Source of the DNA: Candidatus Parcubacteria bacterium
Lineage (GTDB): Bacteria; Patescibacteriota; Minisyncoccia; UBA6257; 2-01-FULL-56-20
Direction: 5' to 3'
Assembly (NCBI GenBank): GCA_027450205.1
Contig: DAIDJL010000002.1
Location: 205,007-269,006 of the forward strand
DNA length: 64,000 bases
The translations under genes and the position numbers were made by a program. How positions within the stretch are numbered: position 1 is the stretch's first letter; the number at the start of each line of letters is the position of its first letter. The notes under the pieces were generated by a model. The model saw nothing but the letters and a program-made list of their open reading frames with translations. It searched no databases and was not told the origin of the DNA. Shown in pieces: positions 18,668 to 27,791 of the stretch.

Positions 18668-19154
18668 CGGGGCAGAAGAGGAGATCCATGGGATATTCGA
18701 TGCCACGCTGTTGTTAAAAGGGGCTGGTGCGTTCGCCGAGCTGATCGGCGGGATGTTGCTCTATTTTATAAGCTCCGAGAACATATCCCGCATGGCAAAT
18801 TTCTTTCTGGGGGGAGAGCTCGTTGAGGATCCGCACGATCTTCTCGCCAATTATTTATTGCATGTTGCCCAGACGTTCGGCGGGGGTTCAAAGCTATTTG
18901 CGGCGCTTTATCTCGTGGGCCACGGGATCGTGAATGGATTGGTGGTGTTGGGATTATGGAAAGAGAAAATCTGGGCCTACCCGATATCGTTCGCCGTGAT
19001 CGGAGCGTTCGTCGTTTATCAGATTTATTCACTTATGTTCGGCTATTCATTATGGCTTGTGGTCCTGACGGTGCTCGATCTTATCGTGTTGCTCCTTGCC
19101 TGGCATGAGTACAAGATCTTAAAAAAGAGAAAAAGATTTATGACTTCCCACTGA
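18627..19154 (+). CDS. DUF2127-like membrane protein
   Basis: LKG...ELIGG, ELVEDPHD, HG, WAYP; paralog at 43624..44100. Confidence 0.75.
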   Translation: MDIKKIFFISQKNNGAEEEIHGIFDATLLLKGAGAFAELIGGMLLYFISSENISRMANFFLGGELVEDPHDLLANYLLHVAQTFGGGSKLFAALYLVGHGIVNGLVVLGLWKEKIWAYPISFAVIGAFVVYQIYSLMFGYSLWLVVLTVLDLIVLLLAWHEYKILKKRKRFMTSH

Positions 19155-19189
19155 AAAAAAAGGGGGGGGCGGAAACGAACCCGCCTACC

Positions 19190-20569
19190 CTACTTTGCTT
19201 TCCAAATTCGCTCCGCGAGGTGGAGTTTCTCCGGGAGACGGTTGATGTAGGGTAGAAACGGGAAGAGGACGAGAAGGAGTGCGAGCAGTCCCAGGATCTC
19301 GGCGCCGTCCCGATCTCCGTTGGTGTCATTTGCAAGGATGGTTTTGTCCAACAACCCTAACGGGGCAAGCCACCAGGCTCCCGGAGGGATGGATCGACCC
19401 TCTTCGTACATCATGCCCCACTGGTCGGTGGTGATATGGAGGCCGCTTGCTTCCGTATCCAATACTCCGGTGTCGGCAAGGAATCGCAGAGAATAGGCCG
19501 GATCCGAACCGGGGTTTTCATTGTTTAGCGCCGCTTGATAGAGACCGCTCTTCGCCATCACAACAAGGGAAGAAATGACGGAGGTCAACGTGTTTTGCGT
19601 GCCACCGCTCTGAAAATATATTTCCGCCTGGGCGACATCTTGGTCTTGAACCGCCGCTGGTTCCGCGGAAAAAATAGCGAGCTCATCCGTTCCTCCCGTG
19701 GCTTCAATAAAGCTTTTATACGGCACCGTGATATATATGGTGCGCGTATCGTAAGCATACGGATCGATGGAGTCCAGATAGGTTGCGGTATCCGATGTAT
19801 GGCTGAATTCACCGAGAAGGGTTTGTGCCATTAGCCCGGGATCCTGGCGCGCGATTTCCCCGATGGTGGTTTGTTCTACGAGCGGCGAGGGGAAAACGAC
19901 GGCGAGAAGGAGGATGAGCGCGACGAGTACGCCGCCACGGATAAAAAGACGGATATGGTTTGCGGGTACTGTCGGGACGGAGACGTCTTCGCGATAGGGC
20001 TTTGCGATGCCGCGTATTTTTACGAGAAGATAGTGGAGCGCAAGAAGTCCCAGGATGACGACGGGAATGATGATGACGTGGATCCCGAATACCTGCGCCC
20101 CGTTCAGCGTGTTTATAAACCTTCCAAGATATGACCCGTTATAGAAATCGGCTCCCTGCAGCGCCCGGTACTGCGAGGAAAAATCCCCGCGCAGGTCATA
20201 TCCGAATTCCGCCTCTAGGGCAATAAGGAGGAACGCGAGCGCGCCGAGCATCCACGTAAGACGCCGCGGCGTTTTGAACCCGCTGCTTAGAAACACGACG
20301 AGGCCGTGAAGTATGATGATAAGGATCAACGCCTGCGCCGCCCAAAGATGGATGCTCCGGAAAAAGATGCCGATAGGGTTTGCGATCCACCATGCCGATC
20401 CGAGAAAGACCATCACCAAGCCGGTGACGGCAAGGAGTGCGAGGCAGGTGAGCCCTAAAAATCCAAGCGAATAGAATATGCTGTTGCCGTACTGCGGCAC
20501 CTCCATGATGAAGAACTTCTCTTTGATGGCATCTACTATATTGCGGGGAGAGGTGTCGGTGTCGGGCAT
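19190..20569 (-). CDS. Cytochrome b/b6 N-terminal domain protein with extracytoplasmic extension
   Basis: RSIHLWAA, LHG, PRRLTWMLG, GIH and LHY: four heme-ligand His residues. Confidence 0.85.
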   Translation of the reverse strand: MPDTDTSPRNIVDAIKEKFFIMEVPQYGNSIFYSLGFLGLTCLALLAVTGLVMVFLGSAWWIANPIGIFFRSIHLWAAQALILIIILHGLVVFLSSGFKTPRRLTWMLGALAFLLIALEAEFGYDLRGDFSSQYRALQGADFYNGSYLGRFINTLNGAQVFGIHVIIIPVVILGLLALHYLLVKIRGIAKPYREDVSVPTVPANHIRLFIRGGVLVALILLLAVVFPSPLVEQTTIGEIARQDPGLMAQTLLGEFSHTSDTATYLDSIDPYAYDTRTIYITVPYKSFIEATGGTDELAIFSAEPAAVQDQDVAQAEIYFQSGGTQNTLTSVISSLVVMAKSGLYQAALNNENPGSDPAYSLRFLADTGVLDTEASGLHITTDQWGMMYEEGRSIPPGAWWLAPLGLLDKTILANDTNGDRDGAEILGLLALLLVLFPFLPYINRLPEKLHLAERIWKAK

Positions 20570-20580
20570 GAAAATATAGA

Positions 20581-20784
20581 TCAGTTCCTTCCCCAGCGAA
20601 CGGCGACCCAGGCGCGTTCGTGGATATAGTAGGTGAGCACTTTAATAGTGAAATCGAGAACGCCTATGCCCAACGAAAGCCCCCACTTCCTCGTGAACGC
20701 AAAAATAAGAAATGCAGTGATGAACGTTCCGATGATCCTCCAGCTTACCGCCTTGGCGATGCTCCGCCGGTGTTTATCGTCCAT
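20581..20784 (-). CDS. DUF2061 small membrane protein
   Basis: RSIAKAVSWR...YYIHERAW. Confidence 0.85.
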   Translation of the reverse strand: MDDKHRRSIAKAVSWRIIGTFITAFLIFAFTRKWGLSLGIGVLDFTIKVLTYYIHERAWVAVRWGRN

Positions 20785-20937
20785 GGGCTGTTATATATTT
20801 AAATTGTCCGGCGTGGATACCATAATCATACCAATAAAACCTCGCTATTCAAGTATGATAAGCTGCCTGCCCGCGCCTTGACACGGGAATGGCAAAACCC
20901 GATAGTTACGGTGGTATTCTTACCATAAGGAGAAGGA

Positions 20938-21561
20938 ATGAACTATCTGCAGAAGATCGAAGATGCGAAGCGATTGATCGAGCAGGCAATCAGAGATTAT
21001 CCGAATATCTGCCTTGGGTGCTCCTTCGGCAAGGATTCAATGGTGACGCTTGACCTGGTTTGGTTCGTGAAACCGGACATTCCAGTCTTTGCGATCATGG
21101 CGAATACGGAATTTCCTGAGACGTATGCGTTTGCAGAGCGCATGGTGAAGAAATATCACCTGAACTACACCGATTATCGATTTATCCAGGACGGTGGAAA
21201 GTGCTGCGGGCGCCCAAAAGTCGAAAAGACCAAAGAAGCTTTACGCAGATATGATGCGTGGATCTCGGGCGTACGTTCAACGGAGGGCATCACGCGGTCC
21301 GATTTTGAGCCAGTGGAAGAAAAGGGCGGCTTGATGAAGTTCAACCCGATCCTCGGATTCACCGAGCTCGACGTCTGGCGGTATCTTGCCCTCAACCAGA
21401 TCCCGATCAACCCGATGTATCAATTGGGATATCGCAGCCTGGGGTGCAGTTTATGTTCCTTCCCCGAGGAAGACGAGGCTGAGACCGAACGCGCCGGCCG
21501 CTGGAAGGGTACGGAAAACGCTTGCGGTGAATGCGGCATTCATACCCAACCTCTCCGGTAG
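20938..21561 (+). CDS. cysH: APS/PAPS reductase family protein
   Basis: SFGKDS, FPETY, CC and CxxC cluster ligands, GYRSLGC, ERAGRW, ECGIH. Confidence 0.8.
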   Translation: MNYLQKIEDAKRLIEQAIRDYPNICLGCSFGKDSMVTLDLVWFVKPDIPVFAIMANTEFPETYAFAERMVKKYHLNYTDYRFIQDGGKCCGRPKVEKTKEALRRYDAWISGVRSTEGITRSDFEPVEEKGGLMKFNPILGFTELDVWRYLALNQIPINPMYQLGYRSLGCSLCSFPEEDEAETERAGRWKGTENACGECGIHTQPLR

Positions 21562-21722
21562 TAATAGAAGAGCGAAGCAGACAGCGGGGCGGATGAGACA
21601 TCATCCGCCCCCTTATTATTCTATTTAAGGGTGTAAATCGGGGGCTAATTTAGGTGGTTAAGCGGGAGGGGGCCGAATCGCGAGACTGTTTCGTCGACAC
21701 GGATCCGTTGGGGTTTCCCGCT

Positions 21723-21751
21723 GCATAAAAAAGCTGTCGGCATGCGTATTA
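21723..21751 (+). promoter_or_regulatory. Putative ECF-sigma promoter
   Basis: GCATAA-16-CGTATTA. Confidence 0.55.
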
Positions 21752-21772
21752 ATGGGAAAGAGCAATAATACC

Positions 21773-22180
21773 ATGAAAAAATACATCATCGGTTTTGCGG
21801 CGGTCGTCGTTATGGGAGGGTTCTATCTGCTTTATGAAAATCAGCACGCGATTTCCGCGCCCAAAACCCAACCGGTCAACAAAAGTTCGTCGGTTGTTTA
21901 CAAAAACGGGACGTATACGGGAAGCGCCGTAGACGCGTTTTATGGGAACGTCCAGGTGCAGGCGACCATCCATGGGGGCAACATCACTAATGTGGCGTTT
22001 TTACAGTATCCGAATACCCACAGCGCATCCGTCTATATTAACCAACAGGCAATGCCGTACCTGCAGCAGGAAGCCATCCAGGCGCAAAGCGCGAACGTGA
22101 ACATTGTTTCCGGCGCGACCGATACGAGCATCGCCTTCCAGCAATCGCTTGCATCGGCGCTTACCAAGGCGCAGGGTTGA
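21773..22180 (+). CDS. Extracytoplasmic FMN-binding protein (second copy)
   Basis: GTYTGS...YGNVQV...IVSGATDTS. Confidence 0.9.
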   Translation: MKKYIIGFAAVVVMGGFYLLYENQHAISAPKTQPVNKSSSVVYKNGTYTGSAVDAFYGNVQVQATIHGGNITNVAFLQYPNTHSASVYINQQAMPYLQQEAIQAQSANVNIVSGATDTSIAFQQSLASALTKAQG

Positions 22181-22286
22181 TCGATCCCCCCCCGAGGGGC
22201 ACAAGCTTTAAACGTGGGGCCGGCAGTAGGATGATGGGGCGGGGGGGGGGTGGCAAACCCCAAGTGCAAAGATGTATAATGGGACT

Positions 22287-22703
22287 ATGAAAATTTTCAT
22301 TGCTTCTCCATGGAGAAACCAAGAAAAAGTTTTTGAGGCAAGTAAGCGACTGACCGAGCAGGGTCACGAAGTGTATTCTTTTCTGCAGAACGGCGCGAAT
22401 CTTTTAACGGGCAGTTCTATTGGAGAAGAGTTGCGAACATTTGGCGAAGCTTTGCAGAATTGGGAAAACAATCCGAATATAAAGCAAATTTTTGAATCGG
22501 AGCTTCAGGGGCTTAAGAACAGCGATATGGTGGTACTTCTGCTTCCGGCGGGACATTCATCGCTCATCGAGGCGGGCATCGGCTATGGTGCCGGCAAAAG
22601 GATCGTGATCATCGGGGAAGTTGAGAAGCCGGAAGTGTTTTACCTGATCTGTGAAAAAATATATCCCGATCTCGAATCTTTTTTGAAAGAAATAAAATCC
22701 TAA
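22287..22703 (+). CDS. Nucleoside 2-deoxyribosyltransferase-like protein
   Basis: IFIASPWRN...SDMVVLLLPAGHSSLIEAG. Confidence 0.7.
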   Translation: MKIFIASPWRNQEKVFEASKRLTEQGHEVYSFLQNGANLLTGSSIGEELRTFGEALQNWENNPNIKQIFESELQGLKNSDMVVLLLPAGHSSLIEAGIGYGAGKRIVIIGEVEKPEVFYLICEKIYPDLESFLKEIKS

Positions 22704-22811
22704 AACTTTTCCCGGGGCATACCGGGGGGAAGTTTTAGTTGTCGGGCGAATGATAAGGTGCTAGCATATCACTAGCATCCAACGCTTCCCAAGAAGCTCA
22801 AAGGAGTCCAT

Positions 22812-23495
22812 ATGAGTGAATTTCCGCAATCTACCCCACGGAATAGCGGCGCTTCTCTCGTTGTGCCCGTTCCGCCGGAATCAGCCAATGTTGATCAGCG
22901 AGAGCGGTCAAGGTGCGTGAATAAAAATTGTCTTTTGGTGCAATATCGCACGGATCGCGGCATGTGCAAAAAGTGTGGTATGGCATTGCCCGCTCCGAAA
23001 AAAGCTTCAAATTCGGGCAAGCCATGCATTCTTCTGGAAAACATGCTTACCCGGAAAGAGATGGTCATTGGCGAACTGCTTGCGAAGGGGGATGATATCA
23101 CAAGCATCGCAGAAAAACTCCGCACTTCGCGACAGACTGTCAAAAACTGCTTAAATGTCATTTATAAGAAACTTTGCATAACCAGGGGGTCGAAGTGGGT
23201 CATTTTCGCATGCAAGGTTTTTGCAGAAACTATGGAGCGGGAAGCGGAGGAGATTCGCGCGAGCGGATATCCGTGCGGCCGGAGGCTTCCGGAGATACTG
23301 ACAAAAAGAGAGATGGTCATCGTTCGGTGTATCGCGGGGGGAATGGCCAATAAGGATATTGCCCACGAAATGAACATTTCGGAGCAAGTGGTGAAAAACT
23401 ACATATGTGCGATCACCAGGAAGCTTGGCTTTTCTGACCGCCTGGAAGTTGCGCTCAGGTTCCATTACGAAGAATTTTACGCAAGCCGGGGATAG
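22812..23495 (+). CDS. Regulator with Cys4 motif and two LuxR-type HTH domains
   Basis: C-x4-C...CxxC; LTRKE...TVKN and LTKRE...NKDIA...VVKN. Confidence 0.75.
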   Translation: MSEFPQSTPRNSGASLVVPVPPESANVDQRERSRCVNKNCLLVQYRTDRGMCKKCGMALPAPKKASNSGKPCILLENMLTRKEMVIGELLAKGDDITSIAEKLRTSRQTVKNCLNVIYKKLCITRGSKWVIFACKVFAETMEREAEEIRASGYPCGRRLPEILTKREMVIVRCIAGGMANKDIAHEMNISEQVVKNYICAITRKLGFSDRLEVALRFHYEEFYASRG

Positions 23496-23715
23496 TCGCC
23501 TGATGGGGGGGGCGCAGCCGGCATATGCACTCCCTGCCGTTCCAGGGACGCTTGGTTGTCGGGAGGGATTGATCAATGTTTCCTACGGGCCCCGCAAAAC
23601 AGCGGGGCTCTTTTATATATAAAAAACCGAACGCCATTCCGATTGCCGAAGATCAAAAAATCCGCCCATAAAGAAGCGTATGACATCCATCGGCGGCGTT
23701 TGCTATACTAAAAAT

Positions 23716-24138
23716 ATGAAACATACACAGGCGGTGCGAGAAGTGGGGAAATTCGTTTCGGGCCTTGTGACCGCCGACCTTATTACGGGGCTTTGGTTCC
23801 TTGCGTCCGGCACTCTTCCGCAGTGGCTTTTCGGGGTATATGTTACCGCACCGTTTGCATGGCTTTGGGTCGGATGCGATGTTTTCATACTGCTTGTGCT
23901 AGTGCATTATTCATGGCATCCAAAGGCACTCGAACCGCATACCTCAAGCCGTATGCTCTTTTCGGTGGTTGGCGTGATTATGGCTGCGGTCGCCCTCATC
24001 CATTTCCTCCGCCTCGTTTTCGGATGGTCGGTTGTGATCGGTGCATGGGATGCTCCGCTGTGGATCAGCTGGATCGGCGTGCTCGTCGCCGGATATATCT
24101 CGTACGCAAGTTTTCACCTTGCGTCTCGTAAAAATTGA
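23716..24138 (+). CDS. Four-TM membrane protein
   Basis: Hydrophobic ORF; bidirectional terminator at 24153-24188. Confidence 0.75.
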   Translation: MKHTQAVREVGKFVSGLVTADLITGLWFLASGTLPQWLFGVYVTAPFAWLWVGCDVFILLVLVHYSWHPKALEPHTSSRMLFSVVGVIMAAVALIHFLRLVFGWSVVIGAWDAPLWISWIGVLVAGYISYASFHLASRKN

Positions 24139-24215
24139 TTCAGCGTACATGGCGTTTAAAAGCCCCGAAGGGTCGGGGCTTTTAAACGAAATTTGTCCGG
24201 TATATTTTCATATGG

Positions 24216-24632
24216 TTATGACGAGAGCATGTTGTTGGCGGCAACTAGGTCGTTTTTTGCAGTGCCGAGCAATATGACCTCTCCGGTTCGTAGGTCAACA
24301 AGGCCGGAGACGATCGGGGCCAAGCCATTGATTTGTGATGTGATCGTTTTGATTTGCGCAGAGACTGCCGCTCGTTCGTCCGTCGTCGCAAGTGGCATGC
24401 CCGCGAGCGCGCTCGTTTCTTTGGCTGCCGCCGCAAGTTGTACGGTTGCGATCGCGGAAATGCTTTCCCTTTGGGCTTCAATTTTTGTCACCGAGGCGAT
24501 GATGTTACTTGCCTCGGACACCATATCTGCGGGAGTTTTTGCCGTGACGGTTGTTTGAGCGACGACACTCTCTGCAGTTGCAAGAATGGCAAGAACTCCG
24601 CACATCAATACCGACACACAGATTTTTTTCAT
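24216..24632 (-). CDS. Secreted helical hypothetical protein
   Basis: Signal peptide, Ala-rich. Confidence 0.65.
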   Translation of the reverse strand: MKKICVSVLMCGVLAILATAESVVAQTTVTAKTPADMVSEASNIIASVTKIEAQRESISAIATVQLAAAAKETSALAGMPLATTDERAAVSAQIKTITSQINGLAPIVSGLVDLRTGEVILLGTAKNDLVAANNMLSS

Positions 24633-24730
24633 TGCAATACGTGCGATATTTTATTTGCCGACCTTTCCCCTGCTTAGTAAGGAACGGAACAGCATTAAAA
24701 AATGTTACGTAGGGATAGGAGCTTGTTTTT

Positions 24731-24779
24731 GGGTGCCTGGGTGGAGGAAGTCAGAACCTGTTTGGGGGCAAAGGGTTGA
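24731..24779 (+). repeat. att-like repeat H1 of tRNA-His array
   Basis: GGGTGCCT core + gggtggaggaagtca + GAACC; encodes GAWVEEVRTCLGAKG*. Confidence 0.85.
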
Positions 24780-24786
24780 AAGTTTT

Positions 24787-25629
24787 CTAGAAACAGCCGC
24801 CGGAATCCATTTGTGCGGGGGCTAAATGCATATTCACCCAACCCTGCGGCGTATTTTCCATCGCACTGGTAAATTCTCCGTCGCCATTGATATATTCAAA
24901 TCTTACGGTGGCTTTGGAGGTATCAGAGGGGCAGAGCTGGTAATCTTTTACTGCCAGAGTGGTACTCGCATATTGAGCACCTAACCCTTTTATAAAAGGA
25001 GCTTCATTGTTATAGGCGGTTTGATAACTTATTTGGTCAATACAGGTGAGACTTCCCAAATAAGGGGTCTCTAAATCTAATCCCTCAGGACCTGCATTAA
25101 TCCAAACTTGAATCCTGCACCGCAGGCCGGACTGTGAACTATAATATGCGTTCGAGAACACAAAGCCGCCCACAGCCGAATAATCAGAATTGCCCGTTGA
25201 CTGATTTGTCTGTAACACAAAGCCATGTAGACCCATGTAGCCATCCACAGTTTTAATCAAGGCCGTATTGAAGTTATATGCGATCTGAGGTGAAAGCGAA
25301 GTTGTCGTGGGGGCAGATGATACGGAGATTGTCGCCGCGGCAAAAGTTAATGAGCTCGAAGCGTGAACATCGATTGGCGTGCCATCCTGGTCGATCCATA
25401 CCAGGTCGCCTAATGTTGCGTTGGTGGTATTGTACCCGAGTGTGGCAATCTTGCCTTGCAGATCCGCCGTGACTCCGGCGATGCTTGTAGTTGAACTAGC
25501 TGACTCACCCTGGGAAGAAGTGGAAATGATTCCGTTATGTTGCGATGTATAATACCAAAATCCTACCGCGGCAATGACGACGATCACTAAAACGATTACA
25601 ATAATCGTCGCGAAGCCATCCTTTTTCAT
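24787..25629 (-). CDS. Surface protein with pilin-like N-terminus (cassette cargo)
   Basis: MKKDGF followed by a hydrophobic helix; S/T-rich; four Cys. Confidence 0.75.
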   Translation of the reverse strand: MKKDGFATIIVIVLVIVVIAAVGFWYYTSQHNGIISTSSQGESASSTTSIAGVTADLQGKIATLGYNTTNATLGDLVWIDQDGTPIDVHASSSLTFAAATISVSSAPTTTSLSPQIAYNFNTALIKTVDGYMGLHGFVLQTNQSTGNSDYSAVGGFVFSNAYYSSQSGLRCRIQVWINAGPEGLDLETPYLGSLTCIDQISYQTAYNNEAPFIKGLGAQYASTTLAVKDYQLCPSDTSKATVRFEYINGDGEFTSAMENTPQGWVNMHLAPAQMDSGGCF

Positions 25630-25794
25630 ATACTCACTGTATCACACCCCAGATACAGTTCTTTAATGGCGCAAGGGGATGGCAGGTCGCTGGCCAGAAC
25701 GTCGAGGTGTAATAGGCGGACTCGGGCACGTGAAGTTCTATTTCCCGTTAGGGGTATGCAAAATTAGCCCCATAAAATCTATCTAAAAATCGAT

Positions 25795-25840
25795 GGGTGC
25801 CTGGGTGAAGGATGTCAGAACCTGTTTGATCGGATTATAA
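25795..25840 (+). repeat. att-like repeat H2
   Basis: GGGTGCCT + gggtgaaggatgtca + GAACC; encodes GAWVKDVRTCLIGL*; hairpin at 25845-25872 follows. Confidence 0.9.
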
Positions 25841-25891
25841 AAATGCGGCTTGCCCCTTTCGAAGCAAGCCGTTGATACATGCAGAGGAGTT

Positions 25892-26599
25892 CTAGAGAGA
25901 CACTCCCATTTTCCTGTCGTTCTCGTTGCGAAGCTCAATGTCCACGAATAGATTTCGCGAGTCGTTCCGGACGCGGGCAATCGCGAGAAGATGCGCGAGT
26001 TCATATCCCCAGAGGGACGCTGGAGAATCCTTCTGTAGGTATTCTCTGAGTTCCGTAAGCCAGGCCCGCGTTACCCGTTCGTTGAAGTCTCCCGTATGCT
26101 TGAGTCGTTCGCGGAGGATTCCAAGGACCATTTCCTTCTCGGCGGAAAGCAGCTCAACGTGATCCCTGCCGGGCATGATTGCTTCCCACAAGAACCGGAA
26201 GATCGCCTTTCCGAAATCGTCAAAGTTCTGCCCCCACTTGAAGGACAGGCGCTTCAGGATGTCCCCTCGGATTCCCATGAGGGATGGTTTTTCGGTGTCC
26301 TGAGGATCTTTGCGTCGGATGCTTCCTTTTGGGTAGGCATACATGAGCGCGAAGCAAAATTCGCGATCAATCCTCTCAACTTCATCGAAGTACTCGCGAT
26401 CTCCGGCGTGCTTCGGGTTGCCATCGGGCTTGATGAGTTCCGGTATGGCGCGAACTAGCTCACGGGCATAATCCTCTTGCGATTTGACGATCGCCTCCCG
26501 CAATGCACCAGAGAGGACGAGGAGGCGTTCGGATGAAGTGAGCCCTCCTGCGAGGCGCTTCACTAACGCAAGGTTTGTGGAATCACTAAACTGAGACAT
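25892..26599 (-). CDS. Hypothetical protein (cassette cargo)
   Basis: ATG with AAAGGA upstream; 235 aa. Confidence 0.7.
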   Translation of the reverse strand: MSQFSDSTNLALVKRLAGGLTSSERLLVLSGALREAIVKSQEDYARELVRAIPELIKPDGNPKHAGDREYFDEVERIDREFCFALMYAYPKGSIRRKDPQDTEKPSLMGIRGDILKRLSFKWGQNFDDFGKAIFRFLWEAIMPGRDHVELLSAEKEMVLGILRERLKHTGDFNERVTRAWLTELREYLQKDSPASLWGYELAHLLAIARVRNDSRNLFVDIELRNENDRKMGVSL

Positions 26600-26767
26600 G
26601 GAATAGATGCTCCTTTCAAGATCTTTTCCCCTTGGAGAAAAGAGCGCTGTTTTGCCCTTGGGCAGAAACAACACGCTGATATCCGTATATCACTTAACTA
26701 CTTAAAAGTCCAGGAAATGAAGCTGGGCCAGTTGATTGTGTGGTTCTACGGTAGCAAGCTTTCTGCT

Positions 26768-27247
26768 ATGGATGATCTCTCGAATTACGACAAACTAAAG
26801 GAAGATGCCCAGCGATTTTATAGCAGCACTGGCCGGATTACCTCACCGGCATTTAATGAAGACATCTATTTTACCGCCGAGGGGTTCAACCACATCATCT
26901 ATAAGAGAGCCCGATCCGAGCGGGAGAAATCCTCGCAGATATTGCGTTTTAAACTCCTTCCTCTTGCGGTTAAGCTCATAAAACTTTCGACGACATTTCA
27001 GGAGTTTGAAGAAACACTCCAACAGTTTGAGGTAAAGAGCTTCAAGAAACGGGTGACGAAGAGTAAGCCGGTGAAGTACTGGGGTATCATCGCGATCATC
27101 GAGGGAAGAAAGATAAAAGTCATACTTCGCAAGATAGGCGATAACGGCCAGATGCATTTCTGGAGCATTGTTCCGGCGTGGACAACAAACAAATTCAGGG
27201 ATACGAGATTTTTCACAACGATGAAGGGCAACCCTGACGAAGACTAA
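26768..27247 (+). CDS. Basic protein, possibly BECR/RelE-like RNase fold
   Basis: IYFTAEGFNHI...IKVILRK...HFWSIVP pattern; recognised by eye only. Confidence 0.55.
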   Translation: MDDLSNYDKLKEDAQRFYSSTGRITSPAFNEDIYFTAEGFNHIIYKRARSEREKSSQILRFKLLPLAVKLIKLSTTFQEFEETLQQFEVKSFKKRVTKSKPVKYWGIIAIIEGRKIKVILRKIGDNGQMHFWSIVPAWTTNKFRDTRFFTTMKGNPDED

Positions 27248-27430
27248 AAACAAAAACACCGCCAAAGGCGGTATCTTTGTCGTGCCTGCCTTCGGCTTAT
27301 GTATTAGCCGAATAGGGCTGACGCCCCACAAGCACATTTACATATTACACTTTTGGGGCGAAAATGCAACACGCATTTTATATGGATTTAATGAGCTTTC
27401 CATACCCCTCGGACTAGGAAGTCAGAACTT

Positions 27431-27476
27431 GGGTGCCTGGGTGAAGGATGTCAGAATCTGTTTGATGAGATTATAA
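27431..27476 (+). repeat. att-like repeat H3 (left end of the 28.8-kb element)
   Basis: GGGTGCCT + gggtgaaggatgtca + GAATC; encodes GAWVKDVRICLMRL*. Confidence 0.9.
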
Positions 27477-27754
27477 AAAAAAGCGGCCCGGATCGCTTAA
27501 TGCAACCCGAGCCATGGCCGCTCTTGGTCAGTAAATGTATTCACTGCGGTTAAGAGTGTTTTATCGCATATTCGTGTTATGGGTGGGCTAGTGGGGAAAA
27601 TTGGAAATTATCTTACCTCTTCGTCTCAATCCCTTTTTCTTACAGTCCAATCCATAACAATTGAGGCGTATACATCTCTAGGGACATTATTAATGCGAGG
27701 AGCTATTACAGGATTGATGGTTCGGGAGTCATTAACAACGTCACGAGAGCTCAT

Positions 27755-27784
27755 TTGACACCAAATACCCACTAGGGGTATCAT
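27755..27784 (+). promoter_or_regulatory. Promoter with CsoR/RcnR-type operator
   Basis: TTGACA-18-TATCAT overlapping the palindrome ATACCC-actag-GGGTAT. Confidence 0.75.
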
Positions 27785-27791
27785 ATGCTAT

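Noticed and set aside
22185-22251. Poly-C/poly-G tracts as phase-variation sites
   Set aside because: They are intergenic, partly hairpin-forming, and not clearly within a promoter spacer or ORF.
25741-25752. ttcccgttagg matching the tRNA-His 3' region as an att duplicate
   Set aside because: It is in the opposite orientation to the tRNA and lies inside the conserved left-arm motif; probably coincidental.
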